DNA of 64,000 nt, taken from NCBI RefSeq assembly GCF_009914755.1, contig NC_060936.1; one strand, 5' to 3'. Every line of letters begins with the position of its first letter. Within the stretch, counting starts at the first letter, position 1. Made by a program: the position numbers and the translations under genes. This document shows positions 55,620 through 64,000 of this stretch, piece after piece. Origin of the DNA: the human T2T-CHM13v2.0 reference genome, Homo sapiens. The notes beneath the pieces are model-generated. The model was not told the origin of the DNA and did not search any database. It saw only the letters and a program-made list of their open reading frames with translations.

Positions 55620-56936
55620 ATACCACTCTCCAAGCGTATTTTGCATTTCTGCATGTTTTGTGAATGAAGCACTAATGGCCTTGTATTCTGGAGCATGTTT
55701 ATAGAATGTTTATATAATCAGCAGGCATTGAAGAGAGAGAGAGTTTCTTTGTAGCAAAGGACAGGTTGGCTTACATCCCTGGAAGACAGAGATATCATCT
55801 TCCTCTGAAGCAAATGGCAGGTATATTTACTGCCCTTTATAAGAAATTAGAGATCCCTAAGCTTAGATGTGTCCTCCTGTAATGTAACCCACTACATGGT
55901 CAGTTGTCATATGCCCCTTTCATATTGCCTGTAAGAATTGGGACTTGGATAACCGGAGTAAAAAAAATACTCTGACTATTGTTGTTGCTGTGGGTAATAA
56001 ACTGCTTTACATTTCTGATCCAGGAATTATGTGTCTTCTACCACTGTCCACTAATGTTTTTTTGTGGATAAATTTAAGGGGTACAAGTGAAATTTTGTTA
56101 CATGAGTATAGTGCATAGTGGTGAATTCTGGCCTTTAGTGCCTCCATTGCCCAAACAATGTACATGAAGTAATTTCCCATCATTCACTCCCTACTCCTCC
56201 GAATCTCCAAAGCCTATCATTCCATATTCTATGTCCATGTATACACATTATTTAGCTGCCACTTATAAGTGAGAACATGTGTTTGATTTTCTGTTTCTGG
56301 GTTGTTTCATTTAAGATAATGGCCTCCAGTTCCATCCATGTTGCTGTAAAAGACATGATTTTATTATTTTGTATAGTTGGATAGTATCCCATTGTGTATA
56401 CATACTACATTTTCTTTATCTAGGCTTTCACTGATGGGTGCTTAAGTTGATTCCATATCCTTGCTATTGTGAATGCATAGGCTTGCAATGATCATATGAA
56501 TGCCAGTATCTTTTTATATACTGATTTCTTTTTCTTTGAGTTAGATACCCAGTAGTGGTATTGAGGGATAGAATGGTAGTTCTGTTTTTAGTTTTTTGAG
56601 AACTCTCCATACTGTTTTTCGTAGAAGTTGTACTAATTTACATTCTCACCAACAATGCACAAGTATTAACCTTTTCTCCACATGCTTACCAACATCTGTT
56701 ATTTTTTAACTTTTTAAAACCCATTCTGACTGGTGTAAGATATCTCATTGTGGTTTTAATTTTCATTTCTCTGATGATTATTGATGTTGAGCATTTTTTC
56801 ATATGCTTGTCGGCCATTTGTATTTCTTCTCTTGCAAAATGTCTATTCCTGTATTTTACCCACTATTTATGAATCCTGTGGGGGAACTTGTTGCTTGGTA
56901 GTAGGGTAAGATCTCAGATCCTTCACCGTTCTCAAT
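55620..56936 (+). mobile_element. ERVL-type solo LTR (subfamily uncertain), interrupted by L1
   Basis: U3-like body, GTAATAAACTG poly-A signal near 55996, CTGATCCAGGAATTATGTGTCTTCT; resumes after the L1 with GTAGGGTAAGATCTCAGATCCTTCACCGTTCTCAATA. Confidence 0.55.
56056..56868 (-). mobile_element. L1PB/L1MA-type 3' fragment
   Basis: TTTAAGGGGTACAAGTGAAATTTTGTTACATGAGTATAGTGCATAGTGGTGAA 3' UTR; CCACTTATAAGTGAGAACATG; ORF2-end motifs. Confidence 0.88.
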
Positions 56937-57399
56937 AATAAGATCTTAGATAATCTAGGATAATGGATACTATGCATTTTTATCTTATTATTTTACATAA
57001 AATTAATACAAATTTTTATAGGTTTTATTATATGTAGGTTTTATATAATCAAATGTATCAATCTAGTCTTTTAGCAATTGTGGATTTTATGGCTTGCTTA
57101 GAAGGATTTCTTAAAATCTTCTTATAGATGAATAAGACTGGACTTTATTCTATTATTATCTCTTATAGTTAATTTTTAAAGGTAAAGTTAATTTTGAATT
57201 CACATAAAATGTTATTTTTATATGAATTTTTTCCTAAATTATAGCTACTTTATCTCAAAACCACTAAAATTGATCCTTATCTGATTATCTGAAATGTCTT
57301 TCTCATAATATATTAAATCCCTAATGTAGAGATTTGTGTTAGATTATTCTTATTCATGTATATAATTTTTAATTGATACATGAATATATTTAATCCTTT

Positions 57400-57760
57400 T
57401 TTTCAACACATGTTTAGTTAGCACCTGCTATGTGCTACACACTGTGGCATTCGCTATTACATAGTGGTTAAAAAATAGGCATAGTTCCTGCTCCATTGAA
57501 AACCTCAGCCTAGCTGTAAACATAAATACCTAAAAAATCATCAAATAAATATATTATTTAAAAGTATGGTAAGTGCTAGGAATACAATTAAAAAGTTCTT
57601 TGGTAGAATATTGAGGTAAGTGGGAAACCTATAAATGTCAGTGTTCTCTGAGGAGGATATAATTTCAGCCTACACCCAGAGTATAACAATTGAGCATCAT
57701 AAAAATGAGTGGAAGAGTATTCTAAGCTGGTGGAACAGCATGCTCATAGATAAAAGTTGT
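57400..57760 (-). mobile_element. L2 3' fragment
   Basis: TTCAACACATGTTTAGTTAGCACCTGCTATGTGCTACACACTGTG...GGCATAGTTCCTGCTC. Confidence 0.6.
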
Positions 57761-59295
57761 TTCAGAAAAGGGTCATGCAATGCCTTTTGCTTACCAACCA
57801 ACAAATCTGCCATATAGAGTTTAATCTTTTGATTAACCAAATTCAAGTCAACCAATTACATTATATGTCTTATAATGTTGATATATTTTCAAAACGTAAA
57901 TTTTCTTTTAGAATTAAGGCCAAATTATTGTATGTATGGTAGAAGTCATCAACAACTACTCTATTGGAAATAACTAATATAATCCACGTTTGTTGCTAGA
58001 AATTGATTTTTGGAGTGGACTCAAATGCCTAACTCTCAAGAAGTTCTAAAACCAGAAGGATTTTTTTTGCTTAGGAGTCTGAATGAAACTTTTAAAGTCT
58101 TGCAGGTGTTTGCTGTCAGAATGAGGATAAGTCAATATGTGACAGAGCAGAACAATGAATACTGTGAAAGGCACAATAGCGGGCCAGAGCCCTGAAACAT
58201 GTGGCCTGAAGCCTGCCAAAGTCTTGGGCTGAATTTTAAGTTCAGCAATGCATTTTTGTAAGTTAAATTACTTTAAATTGAAGTTTTCTGGTTTTACTGA
58301 GCTAAATGCATTATAATACTAATTAGAATATTTTCAACTTAAATTTGAAGCCTGAAAGGTGAGAAACATCGGCCAATGGCTTCAAAACTCCCACTCTTCT
58401 TGGCACAAAACAAACATATCTTTATAACATTTCTTGAAATTATTTGATAACAACTTTGGAGTTGCTTCTTAGGTATGCATAGCAAGGTGGTATTGGGCAT
58501 CACACTTCTGAAGTCACATCCCTTTACTCTCCCGTGTATAAGCTCTGGAAATGAAGTAGACCTAAAGTAGTTCTATAGTAAAATTAAGTTCACTAAGAAA
58601 CTGGGACTTATGGTGGAGAGTGGCATCAAGCTGAGGTACACAATTTAGAGTCCTTCCTTTCCTGTGCTCTTGCCCTGTATCCATATCCCAAGATTTGGGC
58701 TCTCCTTGTGCTTGTTGCTGAGTGGGAGTCTGTATTGTTTTACAACCCCACTATCATTAATTGCCTGGCCACAAATATATTCTAATACTACCTTTATTGT
58801 AACTTTTGTTAGACTTTTTTCTAGTGTTAATGCTTACCAGGAGATTAGATGTCTTCCTTCTTGTGTGCCCCCTCCTGTAGGGTTATATTTCTATCTTGCA
58901 TGGCTATAGAGGTATAGAAAGAATACTAATTATTAAAATTCATATTATATCGCATTTTCATATTTTTATATTTAAAAGATACACTGATAATCATGTCAAT
59001 CTATTACTTTTCTTTGGAAGAAATAATTTTTTGACTATATGACAGTTTTTTTAAACACAGATAAAAAATGTTTCATTATTCTTAAACTGTGCCTGCAAAC
59101 CATTGCTAAAGCAAAATAGAAGCTTTCTCCTTTGTATAGTACAATTTTATTGTATCTAATTTAGATGTGGAAAAATGTTAATTAATCTTAATTAATGCAG
59201 CTGTTGAAATGAGGGATACCTGTTAGCCAGAGTGGCCTGAGAGGTGCCTTTATTTCATGAAACAGAAGACTTTGGTAGCTACAATCCACTTACCA

Positions 59296-62200
59296 CTTTT
59301 TAAATTATTATTTTCAGTTTTTAAATTTCTAAATTTTTATTTATGAGGTTATATGCTAGGTATATATATATTTCTGGAGTACATGGTGTATTTTGATATG
59401 GGCATACAGTGAGTAACAATCACATCAGGGTAAATGTGATACCCATTACTTCAAGCATTTATTCTTTGTGTTATGAACAATCCAATAATATTCTTAATAA
59501 TATTCTTAGTTATTTAAAAATATATACTAAATATTATTAACTATAGCCTCCCTGCTGCACTATCAAATTCTAGATTTTATTCATTATATCTATTTTTTAT
59601 ATCCAGCAACCATCTCTACTTCTTACCCCCACTACTCTTCCCAGCCTCTGGTAACCATCATTCTACTCTGTCATCATTAGTTGAATTATTTCAATATTTT
59701 GCCCCCACAAATAAGTGAGAATGTGTGAAGTTTGTCTTTCTCTGTGTGGCTAATTTCACTTAAGCTAGTGACTTCCAGTTCCATCCATTTTGTTGCAAAT
59801 GACAGGGTCTCATTCTTTATCGGGGGAACCAGCCCCCAAAATTTCAATGTAGGTTCTTTTCTATTTTCCCTAAGTGTCGGCCGGTCTGAGAAATAAAGAG
59901 AAAGAGTACAAAGAGAGAAATTTTACAGCTGGGCTTCCGGGGATGCCATCGCATATTGGTAGGACGATGATGATGACCCCGAGCAGAAAAACCAGCAAGT
60001 TTTTATTAGGGATTTTAAAAGGGGAGGGGGTGTACAAACAGAGTAGGTCACAAGAATTACTGATGAGGGTCTATGCCCCACTGTGTATGCATTGTCTTGA
60101 TAAACATCTTAACAGGAAACAGGTTTTGAGAGCAGACAACTGGTCTGACTAGAATTTACCAGGCTGGAATTTCCCAGTCCTAGCAAGCCTGAGGGTACTG
60201 CAGGAGACCAGGGCATATTTCAGTCCTTATCTCAACCGCATAAGACAGACACTCCCAGAGCGGCCTTCTATAGATCTACCCCCAGGAATGCATTCCTTCC
60301 CCAGGGTTATCAATTATTAATATTCCTTGCTGGGAAAATAATTCAGCGATATTTCTCCTACTCACACGTCCATCTATAGGCTCTCTGCAACAAGAAAAAT
60401 ATGGCTCTATTCTGCCTGACCCTGCAGGCAGTCAGACCTTATGGTTATCTTCCCTTGTTCTCTGAAAATTTCTGTTATTCTGTTCTTTATCAGTGTGCAT
60501 TGATTTTATATTGTCCAAATACACATATTTTACAATCAATTTGTACAATAGTGGTCCAGAGGTGACATATATTCTCAGCTTACGAATATAACAGGATTGA
60601 GAGATTAAAGTAAAGACAGGCATAAGAAATTATAAGAGTATTGATTGGAGAAATGATAAATGTCCATGAAATCTTCACAATTTATGTTCTTCTGCCTCAG
60701 CTCCAGCCGGTCCTTCCGTTCGGGGTCCCTGACTTCCCGCAACAATTCTTTTTTATGGCTGCATTGTATTTTATTGTGTATATGTACTGCATTTTCTTTA
60801 TCCATTCACCTGTTAAGTGATGCTTATCTTGCATCCAAATCTTGGCTATTGTGAATAGTGCTGCAATAAACATGAGTGTGCTGATATCTCCTTGATATAC
60901 TGATTTCCTCTTTTGGGTATATAGCCAAAAGTGGGATTACTGGCTCATATGGTAGCTTTATTTTTACTTCTTAACTCCAAACTGTTCTCCATAGTGGTTG
61001 TACTAATTTACATTCCCACCAACAGTGTACAAAGATTGCCTTTTCTTCACATCCTTGCCAGCATTTGTTTTTGACTGTCTTTTGGATATAAACCATTTTA
61101 CCTGGGGTGAGTTGATATCTCATTGTAGTTTTGACTTACATTTCTCTGATGAGCAATAATTTTGAGCACCTTTTGATATATCTGTTTGCTGTTTGTATGT
61201 CTTCTTTTGAGAAATGTCTATTCAGATTTTTGCCTATTTTTAAATCAGATTATTAGATTTTTTTTCCTATAGAATTATCTGAGCTCCTTAGATATTTTGG
61301 TTATTAATCCCTTGTCAAATGGATACTTTGCAAATATTTTCTTCTATAGTGAGGGTTGTAATTTCACTTTGTTGATTATTTACTGTTCAAACGCTTTTAA
61401 ACTTGATGTAATCCTATGTGTCCATATTGGCTCTGGTTGCCCATGCTTGTGGAGCATTTGTCAAGAAAGCTTTGCCCACTTCAATGTCTTGGAGAGGTTC
61501 CCCAATTTTTTTTCTTAGTAGTTCCATAGTTTGAGGTCTTAGATTTAAGTCTTCAATCCATTTTTGATTTGATTTTTGTATATGGTAGGAGATAGGTCTT
61601 TAGTTTTTTTTTTCTGCATGTGAATATCCAGTTTTCCCAGCATCATCTATTGAAGAGATTGTCCATTCCCCAACGTGCATTCTTGGTGCCCTTGTTAGAA
61701 ATGAGTTCACTGTAGATGTATGAATTTGTTTCTGGGTTCTCCATTCTGTTTCACTCCATTCTGTTTCATTGGTCTATGTGTCTGTTTTTATGCCACTGCC
61801 ATGCTGTTTTGGTTACTATAACACTGTTGTATAATATGAAGTCGGATAATATAATTCCACCAGTTTTGTTCTGTTTGCTTATGATAGCTTTGGCTATTCT
61901 GGATCTTTTGTAGTTCTATATAAATTTTGGGATTTTCTTTCCTGTTTCTGTGAAGAATGTCATTAGTATTTTGATAGGAATTGCATTGAATCTGTAGATT
62001 GCTTTGGGAAGTATGAACATTTTAACAACGCAGATTCTTCCAATCCATGAACATGGAATATCTTTCCATTTTTTGTGTTCTCTAATTTCTTGCATCAATG
62101 TTTTATAGTATTCATTGTAGAGATCTTCCATTTATTTTGTTAATTCCTAGGTATTTTATTTGATTTTTAGTTATTGTAAATGGGATTACTTTCTTCATTT

Positions 62201-64000
62201 ATATCAGATTGTTCACTTTGGGCATATAGAAATGCTAAGGATTTTTTGTATGTTTTTTTATGCTGTAAACTTGAATTTGTTTATCAGTTCCAATATATTT
62301 TTGATGGAGTCTTTACATTTTTTTCAAACGTAACATTGTATTATCTGCAAACAAGGATTATTTGACATCTTCCTTTCCAATTTGGATGCCCTTTCCTTTT
62401 TTCTCTTGTCTGATTGCCTTAGCTAGGACTTCCAGGACTATGTTGAGTAACAACAGTGTTGATAGTTGGCAGTTGGCATTTATGTCACATTCCAGATCTT
62501 AGAGCAACAGCATTCTGTTTTTCTCCATTCAGTAAGATACTCTACATGAATCTGTTGAACATGGATTTCATTGTATTAATGTATGTTTCTTCTATACCGA
62601 GTTTTTGAGAGCTTTTGTCATAAAGGGATGTTGAATTTTATCAAATGCTTGTTCAGCATCAATTGAAATGATCATATGGCTTTTCTCCTTCATTCTGTTG
62701 ATATAATGTTCACATTACTTGATTTACATATGTTGAATCATTCTTGCACCCCTGGGATAAATCCCACTTGGTCATGATAAGTGATCCTTTTAATGTATTA
62801 TTGAATTCAGTTTGGTAGTATTTTGTTTAGGACTTCTGCATCAATGTTCATCATGGATATTGAGCTATAGTTTGTGTACGTGTGTGTCTTTGTTTAGTTT
62901 TGGTTTCAGGGTAACAGTGGCATAACAGAATGAGTTTGGAGTAATTCCTCCTCTTCCACTTTTCAGAATAGTTTGAGTAGGATTGACAGATTTTCTTTAA
63001 ATGTTTAGTAAAATTCAGCAGTGACACCATCAGATCTTGGCTTATTTTTGTTGGGACACTTTTTATTATAATTTCAATCTTGTTATTTGTTATTGATCTG
63101 CTCATGTTTTGTATTTCTTCATAGTCTAATCTAGGTGGGTTGTATGCATCTAGAAATGTATCAATTTCTTCTGGATTATCCAATTTATTGGCATATAGTT
63201 GCTCATGGTAATTTCCAATTATCTTTTCAATTTCTGCAGTATTGGTTATAAAGTCTCTTTTTTATCACTCATTTGATTTATTTGGTCTTCTCTCTCTTTT
63301 TCTTAGTGTGGCTAAAAGATTGTGGGTTTATTCAGAAAACAAACTTTTAGTTTTGTAAATCTTTTGTATTGTTGTTTTGTTTCAATTATATTTCTTTCTG
63401 CTCTGCTCTTTAATTTCTTCTCCTCTACTGATTTTGGGTTGTGTTTTCTCTTGCTTTTCTAGCTCTTTTGTATCATTAGGTTCTTCATTTAAAGTTTTTC
63501 CTCTTTGTGATGTAAGTGCTTATTACTGTAAACTTTCCTCTAGGTACTGCTTTCGTTTTATCCCGTAGGTTTTGCTATATCGTGTTTCTGTTTTCATTTT
63601 GTTGGTGAATTTTTAAAATTTTATCTTAATTTCTTCCTGGTCTGACTGGCCATTCAGGAGCTTATTGTTTAATTTCCATGTGTTTGTATAGTTTCCAAAA
63701 ATTTCTCTTCTTGAATTTTACTTTTATTTTATTGGGGTTAGAGAAGATATGAGATAAAATTTCAATTTACTGAATTTTTTAAGGGTTGTTTAGTGGCCTA
63801 ACATATGGTCTCTACTTGAGAATAATCTGTGTTCTGAGGAGAAATTTGTATTCTGCAGCCTTTGGAGGAAGTATTCTATAAATGTCTATCAGGTCCATTT
63901 GGTCTGTAATACTGATTAAGTTTGATGTTTCTTCATTAATTTTTTCTAGATTAATTGTCCAATGCTGAAAGTTAGGTGTTAAGGAATCCAGATATTATTA
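59296..64000 (-). mobile_element. L1MA-type LINE-1 (3' UTR plus ORF2), interrupted by MER11 and running off the window
   Basis: L1MA-type 3' end (GGGCATACAGTGAGTAACAATCACATCAGGGTAAATG). Minus-strand ORFs 61916..62131 ([28 protein letters not shown]) and 62851..63183 (DNPEEIDTFLDAYNPPRL) are ORF2p remnants. Confidence 0.93.
59818..60744 (-). mobile_element. MER11 solo LTR (HERV-K11/HML-8)
   Basis: Reverse complement begins TGTTGCGGGAAGTCAGGGACCCCGAA. Perfect 6-bp TSD ATTCTT at 59812-59817 and 60745-60750, typical of ERVK. The L1 rejoins across it. Confidence 0.92.

Overview
This is primate (very probably human) non-coding genomic DNA: AT-rich, CpG-depleted, and either intergenic or deep-intronic. 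I see no host protein-coding exon, rRNA/tRNA gene, CpG island or prokaryotic feature. About half the window is recognisable interspersed repeats: old L1M fragments, young L1PA insertions with intact target-site duplications (TSDs), Alus, MIR, L2, LTRs (MER61-like, MER50, MER11, MST/THE1, MLT1, LTR16-like) and DNA transposons (MER2, Tigger3, MER58, MER94-like). Many are nested with readable TSDs. The only ORFs with recognisable protein homology are L1 ORF2 remnants. Three observations stand out. (i) A ~190-nt element at 19.13-19.32 kb has four back-to-back hairpins closed by an outer helix; it is probably the ancient conserved repeat MER121. (ii) A clean polypyrimidine-CAG|GTAAGT motif at 26.33 kb matches a recursive splice site. 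(iii) An L1PA3-like insertion at 35.6-37.4 kb is 5'-inverted (twin-primed) with all junctions readable. I cannot support a claim of a new biological system from sequence alone. Repeat subfamily names come from remembered consensus sequences and need RepeatMasker/Dfam confirmation, and boundaries of old repeats are approximate.
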